Shown in pieces: positions 52,104-64,000 of a DNA stretch of 64,000 nucleotides. A model generated the notes under the pieces. It saw nothing but the letters and a program-made list of their open reading frames with translations. It was not told where the DNA came from and ran no database searches. Source of the stretch: Vicugna vicugna (taxonomy: Eukaryota); contig MU057951.1 in NCBI GenBank assembly GCA_013265495.1, positions 161,008 to 225,007 of the forward strand. The letters are read 5' to 3'. Both the position numbers and the translations under genes were made by a program. The number at the start of each line of letters is the position of its first letter. The first letter of the stretch is position 1.

Positions 52104-52183
52104 GTGCTGAACACTGGAATTTGACACAACATTGTAAAATGATTATAAATCAATAAAAAAATGTTTAAAAAAAGGAAAAAAAA
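52104..52183 (+). mobile_element. 80-bp extremely 5'-truncated young L1
   Basis: Terminal L1 3' UTR (acactggaatttgacacaacattgtaaaatgattataaatcaataaa) plus A-tail. TSD agaaatctt at 52095-52103 and 52184-52192. Confidence 0.95.
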
Positions 52184-52309
52184 AGAAATCTTCCCAGGCG
52201 ATGAATATCAAATGACTGAAGTAAGAGCAGTTTTAATTGATCTGAAAGAATTTTGATATAAGCCAGAGGTAGTATTCTGAAAGTATTTCAAAGAAGGAAC
52301 AGTGGCTCT

Positions 52310-52560
52310 CTGGGACCCGCAAGTTCTTTGGAAGGAGAGTGCGAACGACAGAGTGGGCAAGCTCCGAGGGGGTATGGATGTAGAGGGGGAGAGAGAGAGA
52401 GAGAGCAGACAGTGTTGGCTGTGGCGGCAGCGCTGGGGAAAAGTGGTTTCCGCCCAGAGCAACACGGAGGGGAGCTTGAGATCACGACTTACCACATTAA
52501 GCACTCTACTAAGTACCGCCCACTTGGCGAGGACTTCTGTCTCCTGGGCGAATCTTGTCA
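52310..52560. promoter_or_regulatory. Small CpG-enriched non-repeat segment; candidate promoter or first exon
   Basis: 12 CpGs in ~240 bp, two ccgccc boxes (~52450, ~52526), a (GA)n tract, and a minus-strand donor TG|GTAAGT at 52492. Confidence 0.4.
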
Positions 52561-52683
52561 AGCAAGCTGGGATCTATGATTGGAAAGGTGACCAAGTCCA
52601 AAGAGGAGAAAGATGCTTCTAAGGATAAGGAAATTCATGACTTGGAAAGAAAAAAATGATTTCATTAAGATAATGTAACTGCT

Positions 52684-55600
52684 GAGACGAGGCTAAGACA
52701 GTGGAGAAGTAGGATCCCATAGCTCACCTTCTCCCACAGATACACCAAGACTCACATCCAAAGACTTACTCAGCCAACCAGAGCACCTGCAGAACTCCGA
52801 CAGAATATTGTCCCCTTCAAGAGACAAAGACACCAAGAATCTGTTTTATTACTACATAGGCACTAGATAGATAAATAAATGAACTCCTTTAAGGACCACA
52901 ATAGATAACTGATACTCCATATGCCACAGTGCCAGAGAGATATGAGCAAGAAGAAGAAGCAGAAAAACCATTCCCAATTAAAAGAACAAGAGAAATCCCC
53001 TAAAAGAATGATCAATGAAATAGACATCAATAGCTTACTTCATCAAGGTGTCCAAAAAGGATTGATCAAAGTATTGAAGGAACTAAAAGAGATAGTGTTT
53101 AGAGATATAAAATGTCAAAAATGAAATCGAAGCTCTAAAGAAGAGCCAAGTAGAACTGGTGAACTTACTGGCTGAGAAGAGAACGGATATAAAGGCTATG
53201 CAAAGCAGACTAGAAAATGCAGAGGAACAAATCAGTGACCTAGAAGACAGGATAACAGGAAGCACCCAATCAGAACAACTGCAAGATAAACAAATAAAAA
53301 CAAATGAAAGCAAAATAAGGGACCTATAGGATGCTATAAAGCATGCCAATCTTTGCATAATAGGGGTCCCAGAAGGGGAAGAAAGATCAAAGGGGATTGA
53401 AAAGGTTTTTGAAGAAATCATGACTGAAAATTTCCCAAAATTAAAGAAGGAATCAGATATTCAAGTACAGGGAGTTCAAAGGGTCCCAAACAGGAAGAAC
53501 CCAAACAGACCCACACCAAGACATATCATAATCAAGATGGCCAGAATCAAGGATAAACAAATGATCCTAAAGGCAGCAAGAGAAAAGCAAAGAGTGAGTT
53601 ACAAGGGAATTCCCATAAGGCTCTCAGCTGATTTCTCTACACAAACACTACAGGACAGAAGGGAGTGCAAGATATATTCAAAGTATGAATGAAAAAAAGA
53701 TGCAGCCTAGGATACTTGACACAGCAAGGCTATCCTTTAGGATAGAAGGAGAGATAAAGAATTTCACACACAAGCAAAAACTTAAAGAGTTTACCAACAA
53801 TAATCCATGCTAAAAGAAATATTGAAAGGGCTATTCTAAATATAAAAGCAGCAGGATGTTACAGAAATCAGATACTCACAACTGGAAAGGTGATAACTCA
53901 AGAATTACAAATAAAATAAACACAAAATTGTAAAAGAAGACATACACATCATTAAGAGTGGGAGAGGGAAGCAAGAGAATATAGAGTATTTTTTTTCTTT
54001 CTTTTTAAAATATTTTCTTTTTGGTAGGATGGTTTCGAGATATAGTAATGGGCTAATAGACTCACAGAAAAGGGTAACCAAAAACCAAAAACTCACAGGG
54101 GAGTCACAAAAACTAAAGTCCATGATAATACAAAGGATAATTGCCAAACCACAAAAGGAAGAAGAAAGGAACAAAGAGGAAATAACAAATCAACTGCAAA
54201 GGGAAATTCAAAATGGCAATAAACACACATCAATCATTAATTACTGTAAATGTTAATGGACTAAAGGCTCCAGTCAAAAGACATAGAGTGGCAGACTGGA
54301 TAATAAAGCAAGAACCTTCAATATGCTGCATACAAGAGACCTGCTTTAGGGAGAAGGACATATATAGATTGAGAGTGAAAGGATGGAAAAGAATATTCCA
54401 TGCAAATGGAAAAGCCAAAAAAGCAGGTGTTGCAGTTGATTTCAGACAAAACAGACTTTAAAGCAAAGGCCATAAAGAAAGATAAAAAGGACATTTTATA
54501 ATGATTAAAGGAGTGACACAAGATGAGGATATTACACACATTAATATATATACACCCAATATCGGAACACCTAAGTATATAAAACAATAACAAACAGAGA
54601 TAAAGGGGGATATTGATGGGGATACAATCATAGTTGGAGATTTTAACACTGCATTAACATCACTAGACAGATCTTCTAGTCTGAAAATAAATAAGGCAAC
54701 AGAGAAACTAAATAATACAATAGAAAAATGAGATTTGGTGGATATTTTCAGAGCATCACACCCCAAAAAAGAGGATATACAGTTTTTTCAAGTGCACATG
54801 GAACATTTTCAAAGATTGATCATGTACTTCGGCAGAAAAGAAATCTCAACAATTTTAAGAAGATAGAAATTATCTCAAGCATCTTTACTGACCACAATGC
54901 CATGAAACTAGAAATCAACAACAGAGAAACAAAGGAGAAAAAAAGGAAAGCATAGAGATTAAACAATATGCTATTAAAAAAAAACAATGGGACAATGAAG
55001 AAATCAAAGCTGAAATTAAAAAACACCTTGAGACAAATGAAAATGGAAGTACAATCACACAAAATTTATGGGACACAGCAAAGGCAGTGCTTAGAGGGAA
55101 GTTTATAGCGATACAGGCCTTCCTCAAAAAGGAAGAACAATCTCAAATAAACAATTTAACCCACCAGCTGAAAGACTAGAAAAAGAAGAAAAAACCCCAA
55201 AAGGCAGCAGAAGGAAGGAAATTATAAAGATTAGGGAGGAAATAAATTAAATTGAGATTAAAAAAAATTTAAAAATCAATCAAACGAAAAGGTATTTTTT
55301 TAAAAAAAGTAAATAAAATCGACAAGCCTCTTGCCAAACTCACAAAGAAGAAAAAAGAGAGAGCATAAATTAGCAAAATGAGAGAGGAAAATGGAGAAAT
55401 TACAACAAATAAAATAGAAATACAGAATATCATACTAGAGTAGTATGAAAAACTATATGGAAACAAACTGTATAACCTAGAGGAGATGGACAAGTTTCTG
55501 CAAACATACTGTCTACCAAGACTGAATAAAGAATAAACTGACCACTTGAACATATCAATCACTAGAAATGAAATCGAAATAGCAATTAAAAACCTCCCTA

Positions 55601-57475
55601 CAAATAAAAGTCCAGGACCAGATGGCTTCAACAGTGAATTCTACCAAACATACAAAGAAGAACTCATACCAGTCCTTTTCATACTATTCCAGAAGATTGA
55701 AAAGGAAGGCATACTCCCAAACTCATTCTATGAAGCCACCATCACCCTGATACCAAAACCAGGCAAAGACACTACCAAAGAAGAGAATTATAGGCCAATA
55801 ACTCTAATGAACATAGACACCAAAATACTCACCAAAATATTAGCAAATAGAATCCACCAACACATAAAAAAGATTATACATTATGACCAAGTGGGATTCA
55901 TCCCAGGGACACAAGGATGGTTCAACATATGGAAATCAAACAATGTCATACATCACATCAACAAGAGAAAGGACAAAAATCACATGATCATCTCAATAGA
56001 TGCAGAAAAGGCATTTGATAAAATCAACACCCATTTATGATAAAAATTCTCAGCAAAGTGGGTATAGAGGGAACAAATCTCAACATCAGAAAAGCTGTAT
56101 GTGACAAACCTACAGCCAGCACAGTACTCAATGGTGAAAAACTCAAAAGCTTCCCACTAAAATCTGGGACAAGACAAGGATGCCCACTATCACCACTGTT
56201 ATTCAATATATTCCTGGAAGTGCTAGGCACAGCAATCAGGCAAGAGAAAGAAATAAAATGTCATCCAAATTGGAAAAGAAGAGAGAAAACTGTCACTATA
56301 TGCCGACATGTTCCTATATATAGAAAACCCTACAAGGTCCACACAAAAACTACTAGAGCTGATCCAAGAATTCAGCATGGTAGCAGGTTACAAGATTAAC
56401 GTTCAAAAATCAGTTGCATTTGTTTACACTATGAATCAACAGAAAAAGAAAGTAAAGAAACAATCCCCTTTGAAATAGCACCCAAAGTAATAAAATATCT
56501 AGGAATATATCTAAACAAGGAAGTGAAAGAATTATACACAGAAAACTATAAACCCATTGAAGAAGGAAATTAAAGAAGACTTTAAAAAATGGAAAGATAT
56601 CCCATGCTCTTGGAATGGAAGAATCAATATTTTAAAATGGTCACACTGCCCAAGGCAATCTATAGTTTTAATGCAATCCCTATGAAATTAACCAGGGCAT
56701 ATTTCACAGAACTAGAACAAATCATAATAAAACTTATATGGAACCATCAAAGACCTAGAATTGCCAAAGCATTAGTGAAGAGAAAGGAAATAGGCTGGAG
56801 GAATAACTCTCCCAGACTTCAGACAATACTGTAGCGTCACCGTCATCAAGACAGCATGATATTTGTACAAAAACAGACTTATACACCAAGGGAACAGAGT
56901 AGAGAGCCCAACTTCTGGTCAACTAATCTTTGACAAAGGATGCAAGAATATACAATGGAATAAAGACAGTCTCTTTAGCAAATGATGTTGGGAAAACTGG
57001 AGAGCAGTATGTAAATCAGTGAAGCTAGAACACTCCCTTACACCATACACAAACATAAACTGAAATTGGTCAAAGACTTAAACATAAGACAATATACAAT
57101 AAACCTCCTAGAAGAAAATATAGGCAAAATATTATCTGACATACATCTCAAGAATGTTCTCTTTGATAAGTCTTCTCAAGCTATAGAAATTAAAGCAAGA
57201 ATAAACAAATGGGACCTAGTTAAACATACAAGCTTCTGCACAGCAAAGGAAACCATAAGTAAAACAAAAAGACAACCTACGGAATGGGAGAAAATTTTTG
57301 CAAATGAAACCAACAAAGGCTTGATCTCCAGAATATATAAGCAGCTCATGTGACTTAATAAGAAACAAACAAATAATCCAATCCAAAAATGGGCAAAAGA
57401 CTTAAACAAGCAATTCTCCAAGGAAGACATACAAATGATCAATAGGCACATGAAAAAATGCTCAATATCACTAAT
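52684..57475 (+). mobile_element. LINE-1 with retained 5' end, spliced-out 5' UTR segment, disrupted ORF1/ORF2 and missing 3' end
   Basis: 5' sequence is homologous to 40685-40525, then jumps to sequence homologous to 39117 onward. ORF1 ATG ~52941, ORF2 ATG 54213 (MAINTHQSLITVNVNG). Homology stops at ~57475 with no A-tail. Confidence 0.95.
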
Positions 57476-57558
57476 TTAAATTTAAAATGCACATGTGACT
57501 AATACATATATATGTACATATGTGCATATCTAGATCTAGATAATGAACATTTTTTTTA

Positions 57559-58042
57559 TGTTGACTGAAATAAATGCACAACCTAAAATCTGAGGGTTAT
57601 GTTTTATTTGGTGGACAATTCTGAGTACTTGATCCTGGGATAAAAGCCTCTCAGATTGCTCTTAGGGACTGCTCCAATGAAGTAGGTGAGGAGCTGGGAT
57701 ATATAGGAGTTTTACAACAAAGGACAGGTAGTTGGAACTTTAAAATTCACTTATTAACTAAAGAAAACCAGGTATCTCAAGTAAAAGAATTTAGAGCTTT
57801 TCTATATATGGGAGGTAGCAAACATTTGGGCTCATTGAATTCATTTCTTTGACAAGCATCTAGCTATCTAGGGCCAGTATCCTGTCTTTTCTTATTCTCA
57901 GTCCCCTCAGAGTGCACCATTGTGAGTGGATGAAGAGGCCAGGCTGCTGGCTTGTCTTCACTAGGGGGTGACGGCAGCCACTGACAACTTGATGGCTTCA
58001 GCATCCTTTGTTTACTGATACGGTTTGCAGTTTTTTTTCACA
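57559..58042 (-). mobile_element. ERV1 solo LTR (MER41-like, cetartiodactyl type)
   Basis: TG...CA termini and 484 bp long. Minus-strand TATA-like (~57700) and AATAAA (57603-57608). Flanks ttta/atta. Family from recall. Confidence 0.7.
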
Positions 58043-58616
58043 ATTATAAGATAAAATATGAATTAGAGGGTATAAGAACAAAACCAAGGAAAACAGGGAT
58101 AAGATTTGGAATCTGGAAAATCAACAGGAAACATTAATTTACCAGATACAGCATAGTGTTCAATGAAATGTTTCCTTCTCTATCTTCATGGTTAGTTTTA
58201 ATGGCTTCCAAGAATGTGAAATGGGTTTCTCAAACTTAAGAATGGTTTTATATGACTGATTTTCAGCTCTTGCTAGTAGTTTCCTTTGAAACTTAAAACA
58301 AATGTTAAACAAGCATGTTTCTGTCTATTATCACTCCAACTATGCAAAAACAGTAGCAAAAAGAGTAGATTGAAAAATCTCAAGTGGCAATAATGATTAC
58401 TGCAGGCTTTAAAGTGTGGAAGAGTAGAAGGATGAGAGTCACTGGGAGGTCAACAAATCTTTAACCACACACTTAACTTCCTGCACCTCTTTTAAAAAAC
58501 AAGGAAGAAGACCAAATATTTTTAAAAAGGTAAAAAGAAAAATTTAAAAATTAGTCCATAGAAGTCATATTTTATGCAAACAGAAATACCTCTTAATTAA
58601 ATGTTTGCTTATATCC

Positions 58617-58769
58617 AATGGAGTGCTGGTAAACCAGCTCTTTAGGGGGAGAAAAGTCCTGATTTGTTATTTGCTCACTTCCATGGCATAACTACTCCCA
58701 CCTTGGCTGATTTTAAATAGTTTAGCAGTCAAATTCCTAAATATTAACAATTATCTGTCCAGACCACTG
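58617..58769. mobile_element. MER63-like hAT DNA transposon fragment
   Basis: gtgctggtaaaccagctct...cctgatttgt...tactcccaccttggctgattt resembles the MER63 end; terminates in ccactg. Confidence 0.6.
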
Positions 58770-59062
58770 ACAATCACTAGACTAGTTCGGATCTCAAGAG
58801 GTACAAGTATGAGTGTGTGTGTTTGTGTGTGTGTAGCGGAAGAGGTACTTGTCCTCCATGAATGAGCTGCTTCATTGCTTCACTTCTTTAGATCTATTTT
58901 TCTTCTCATGCATATGTTATGTATTTGAAATTAGAAAGCAAGAAACACAAAATTATAATAAGCCATATTTAACAGATGATAAATGTTCTACCCTTTCAGC
59001 CTCAAAACCCTAAATGGGAAATTAGGGTAATTTTTTGTTTTTATAAATTATTGGAATAATTG

Positions 59063-62000
59063 TGACAAAGATTTTTTCTTTTACAAACTTTAGACAGGCT
59101 CCTCTAAATTCTCTTTTAAACTAGGCCTCCTATTTGAGCATTGTCTTTGGCCTGCCTAACCTAGTTGCTAGAAGAATCCTGCTAGTTTAGTTTAGTGAAA
59201 GTCTCCACCCTTGGCATTTAATCACCTTCAATATATGATTAAATTCCTCATCCCCCGTATCTCCATTCGTGATTCTGAATCCTAAACCAGAGCTCCAGGA
59301 AACAGTCCCTCCAATCACAATAAAGATAGATTTTGATTTCTAAGATTCTGAGTATACACTCTGAATCTACATTAGAATTTCAGTCTTCTATGTTTGAGAT
59401 GTAAGTATTTCTTGGGCTGGAAGTTCTTCCTGCCTCCTTGTTGTGAGTGGGGATTCACTGACTCCTAGACTGGAAATTTTTTGCTGGCTCTATGTGAAGA
59501 TTCCTTATTCTTTCTATTTGATTATGCTTCTCCCCTGAAAATTTCTGTCAATTGAAATATCCTTTCTTGAAACCCTTAAGACTACATTCCACCACTACAG
59601 CAGTAACTCGGTTCACTTCTTTGCTTGATGGTAGGATTTTATTTAAGGGCAATTTGAGACCTTATTTTTTCTTTCTTTGAAAATTAAGATCTCCCCAATG
59701 CAGCTACTATAAGACCTCTCCCTATCACCTCCCCTCCTCCTTCCTCTTTTTAATCTCTTTTGATCTCCCCTTCAGGCCCCTTGAATTCTTTCATATGTCC
59801 CCCTTCAAACTCTTACCTCCTCTATCTTTGTCTATCCCTGCCAGACTTTTCCCTTTCCACTTCAACCTCTCAATTTCTTGCACTCTAGTCCCTTTGCCAA
59901 TTATCAGGGACTCTCAAGGTTTTCAGGGAGACCCAAACCAACTGAATATCATGATGAAATAAATATTACAATCTGCTCTGTAAATAAAATGTTCATTAAA
60001 AAGAATTAGTCTAGTCCTCAGATTGACGGTAACCTTCACTTGTTCCATCTGCTAGAAACACAGTTCAGATAAAAATATAAAGTGGAGCAAAGATGAGAGC
60101 CAACTATTTGATATAAACTAGTTAGTTTTGTATTCTTATCCTTGTCTGACTAATGGCTAAAATTTTAGAATGAAAGAAACTATAAGATCTCCATTTACAT
60201 TTGTCTGTATAGAAATAACTAAATTATATGTAATATTATTATTCTTCTGGATGGTATTACCAAGTGAATTCATAATATCTTATAAAGGAGCTCTTCTTAT
60301 TGGCTTAGAGATATAAATAAGCACTTCCAAGAATTAAATATTCCTAAAATTCCTAGAAATATGAAAACTAACACAAATGTTTTTCAAGTTGACATAATAT
60401 AGGGATATTTTTGGCAAAAAATATTAGTTCGGTATTATTGGTTTAATAAAATGGATTATCTACTGAATTATCAACATTAAGCATAATTAAAACCTACATT
60501 TTTATTGTAGTTGGGTTTAATAGTGAAATAAGGTAATATATCAAGATATTTAAGATCATAAAAATTATAGATCTAACCTAAGAACAAATGCACAAGTAAA
60601 GGTGCTGTTAAAATGAATTACTTCATGCATGTCAAGCACAGCCACCAAACAACAACAATAAGAACAAAGAAACTTTATTTTACTTAAATTTTTTAGGGGA
60701 TTTTCAATACTTGCCTTACATGTACTACAAAAATAGTTAAAAGGGAAATAATTTGAGATAGTGGCTACCTCTGTATATGACTGCTTAAAAGTGGTTTTCA
60801 AAATACCTTTGTCAACTTGTAACCTTAAATTTATGCTAAGTTAAATAATAGATATTTATTAAATATCTAGGTCATTTCTAAGTAAGATACAACATTGAAG
60901 TTTTCAAAAGTTTAAGTTTATATAATTTTGGCTTATTTTTACATGGGAGAAAAAGGCTAAATATACTTGAATGTGTTAATAAACAAGTTCTATTTGCATT
61001 CTGAGTAATTGTACTATGAGGAAACATACACCTATATAATTGTGAGCTAGTGTACTCACAAAATTTACTAGTCTTCTACAGAATTCTGGTATGTGACAGA
61101 CAATTCAAATTTGTCTACTTCCTGTTTTCTCTCTAAAAAAAGTTACTAGTGGTTAAAAATTGTAATCAATATATGAAAACAAAACTAGTAGATATAATGA
61201 GAGTGAAAGGGAACACATATGCATGCAAAGTATGCAATGAAAGTAAGATGTGCTTTTGATAATGAAGCACATACATGGTATAAATAATTTTAAAGGAAAA
61301 GGAGAGATATTTCATCCAAATGTGACTGTTTTTTTCTGGAATGAGAAAGAGGGAAATACAGAACAAAAACTGAATTTATATAAAAAATCATAGAATGTTT
61401 GTGGAAAAGGAATCTTATGTTACATGATCAAAGATAGCAAATGTTGGATGGGCTTAATAATAATGTGTTTCCTGAAATGAACTTTAATAATAACAGTACA
61501 CGGACTCAAAACTGGAGTTTGTTTTTCTCTTTTTTAAAAGAACAATGTCTTCTTGGATTAGTGGTCTGCTCTTTAATAAATTATAAGTGGTTTCTAATTA
61601 CTTTTTTAAGAAGTCTGCATAGGAAACCAATATTTTGTGTCTTACCAGAATGACTTCCTGAAGTTTATGTTAACCTTTATGAAATCCTTAATTATTTGAC
61701 AGGATGGACTCTTTTCACTTTTTTAAAAGACTTAAGGTGTTTTACAACAATTTTATCTCCTACAGTTACTTTTGAATTATTTTGTTGTCACTTTGTTTAA
61801 ACATAGTCAAGTATAGTTTCATAATAACTTAAGATCTTATGTAGTCAAATGTTAGAAACCTTTTTTCAAAACATTTTGACAAGTTTTTATATTTTCCTCT
61901 CCAAAATTATATCTTAAATGAAATCCTGATTTCTGCCATTCCTAGACTTCCCCAAGCTCCCCTGGAAAACCTCAAAGAATTTGTTACTTTGCAGTCAAAC

Positions 62001-63560
62001 TGTAATAATTCTACTTAATAAAACTGAAAAAAGAGAACTAAAAAGGAGACCAGGTATATAAAAAAGGAAGTAAAACATATAAATATTGAACAGGAAGAAA
62101 TAAAACTACCATTATTCACATATTTAAAATGTATAATTCATATATAGTGAATTCCGCAAATCTTAATTATACCATTCAGGAAATTTTACTGAATGTATAT
62201 CAAGACACAGAACATTTATACTAACCCAGAAAGTGCCTTTATGCACCTTTACCATCATTCCTCCACCTTCTCTCCCAGCAGAAGCAGCCACTAATCTGAC
62301 TTCTATCACTAAAAGATAGTCTTGCCTACTTTAGAATTTCATATAAATGGAATAATTCAGAATCTCCTTTTATTTAGTTGATTGGTTTCTTTCACTAAGC
62401 ATTTTTTTGAGATTGATCCATGTTGTTACATGGGTCTGTAGAGTGCTCCTTTTTATTACTTAGTATTTGATTGTATGAATATACCACAACATATGTACCC
62501 AGTATCCTGATAATGGACACTTGATTTGTGTCCAGCTTTGGGCTACAATGAATAAAGCTGCTATGAACATTTGTGTACAAGGCTTTTTGTGAACAGATAT
62601 TTTGGTTTATCTTTGGTAAAGAACTAGAAATAAAATTATTGTGTTATAATATATTGTGTGTTTACATTTTTAAGAAATTTCTAAACAGTTTTCCAAAGTT
62701 GTATCATTTTACACTCTCATCAGCAATGTGTGAGAGTTTCAGTTGCTCCATATTCTCACTAGTCTTTGAGGTTATATGTATGTTTAATTTATGGTAGGTG
62801 AGTTTTGATATTTCATAATTTTATTTGTGTTGCACTGATGACCAGTAATATTAAGTATATTTTCATGTGAAAAAAATAATTTGCTATTTTATCTTGTAAA
62901 AATAGAGATGTCAAAATAATTAAATTTATTTGATATGATGAATTCCATGAAAAATGTGGCTGAATAAGAAAAGATGATTAACTTACCCTGAGGTATATTT
63001 GTTTGAGTAAATATTAGTAATATAAATATTTCAGAAATTTCATGAAGTTCACAGAAATGTGTCAACATATGCAATGTCCATGATACGTGCTATCATAGTC
63101 CCACTTGTTATTTTAAAATGTTGTATGACACAGAAATAATCAAATTTCCTTGTTAATTCTGCTATTATTGAATAAATTCTCATCAGATCTTTAACCATGA
63201 TTGTTTTATGTCTTCCATCATACTCAGGTAGTTAAAGTTTTACTCTGATTCTTCTTGGAAAGTATTTACAATCAGCTCTAGGCCAGAGTGCTTCCTCTTC
63301 AACAAAAAGGAACTATCTCAGAGACCCAAGGAAAGGACTATGACAGGCACTTTGGGGTACAGGCATCTGATAGGATTGCTTAAATAACAGTGGTACCATA
63401 CCATTGGACTGAATAAGGATTTCTAGTACTCTAGGGAAGAAATTTATGGGTTCATTCAACTGTTAATCCAGAATCAAGCAGAAAAAAGAATTACATAGGC
63501 TTAAATGAACTTATGAAGAATTATTATTTTTATGGCTTTTTGTTTAAAACATTGTTGGTT
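59063..63560 (+). mobile_element. MER31/MER4-group ERV1: partial LTR plus AT-rich non-coding internal region, interrupted by L1 pieces at ~61990-62860
   Basis: tgacaaagatt...aaactttagacaggctcctct...aagaatcctgctag...aaattcctcatcccc LTR start. Internal motifs such as atggctaaaattttagaatgaaag. Recall only; boundaries uncertain. Confidence 0.55.
62120..62860 (-). mobile_element. Ancient L1 3' end
   Basis: ttttagaatttcatataaatggaat...gaataaagctgctatgaacatttgtgtacaag. Confidence 0.75.
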
Positions 63561-63567
63561 CTTGGAA

Positions 63568-64000
63568 TGAAGACCTAAACAAGAAATTATCCAAGGAAGA
63601 AATACAAATGAGCAATCTGCACATGAAAAAATGCTCAAAATCACTAATTATCAGAGAAATGCAAATCAAAACTACAGGGAGTTACCACCTCATACCAGTC
63701 AGAATGGCCATCATTCAAAAGTCCACAAATGACAAATGCTAGAGAAGATGTGGAGAAAAGGGAACCCTCCTACACTGCTGTTGGGAATGCATTTTGGTGC
63801 AGCCACTATGGAAAACAGTGTGGAGATTCCTCAAAATACTAGGAATAGACTTACCATATGACCCAGTAATCCCATTCCTGGGCATTTATCCAGAAGGGAC
63901 CCTACTTCAAAAAGACACCTGCACCCCAATGTTCATAGCAGCACTATTTACAATAGTCAAGATATGGAAACAGCCTAAATGTCCATCAAGAGATGGCTGG
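63568..64000 (+). mobile_element. LINE-1 ORF2 3' portion running off the window end
   Basis: Homologous to 26700-27130 (gaagacctaaacaag...cctcctacactgctg). Confidence 0.93.

Noticed and set aside
52208..52622. ORFs of 65-117 aa over the CpG-rich patch
   Set aside because: No recognisable homology; they run through a GA repeat and a small L1-flanked region.
63568..64000. Possible displaced 3' end of the truncated L1 at 52684-57475
   Set aside because: It overlaps that copy by ~80 nt with several differences and sits 6 kb away beyond older elements; more likely an independent insertion.

Overview
Mammalian genomic DNA that is very AT- and LINE-1-rich. It holds one clear host gene: an intact, uninterrupted 249-codon SPIN4 (spindlin-4, triple Tudor-like methyl-histone reader) CDS on the minus strand (17671-18420), with a CpG-island promoter at about 18600-19130. 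SPIN4 is X-linked in human, which fits the L1 density. Most of the rest is transposable-element sequence: many L1 copies of different ages (including a full-length ~7 kb copy nested in the ORF1 of another), a decayed ERVL/MLT2 provirus, ERV1-type LTRs and internal sequence, a near full-length Tigger1, and L2, MIR and MER fragments. I saw no Alu, B1/B2, BovB/Bov-tA, PRE1 or CAN SINEs, and the L1 3' UTRs look cetartiodactyl; a camelid host is my inference only. The most notable observation is an L1 copy (from 52684) that lacks exactly a 1407-nt GT..AG segment of the 5' UTR present in its full-length sister copy in this window. That makes it a spliced, retrotransposed L1 (SpIRE-like) outside primates. 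Repeat-family names come from recalled consensus sequences, not database searches, and most repeat boundaries are approximate unless a target-site duplication (TSD) is given.
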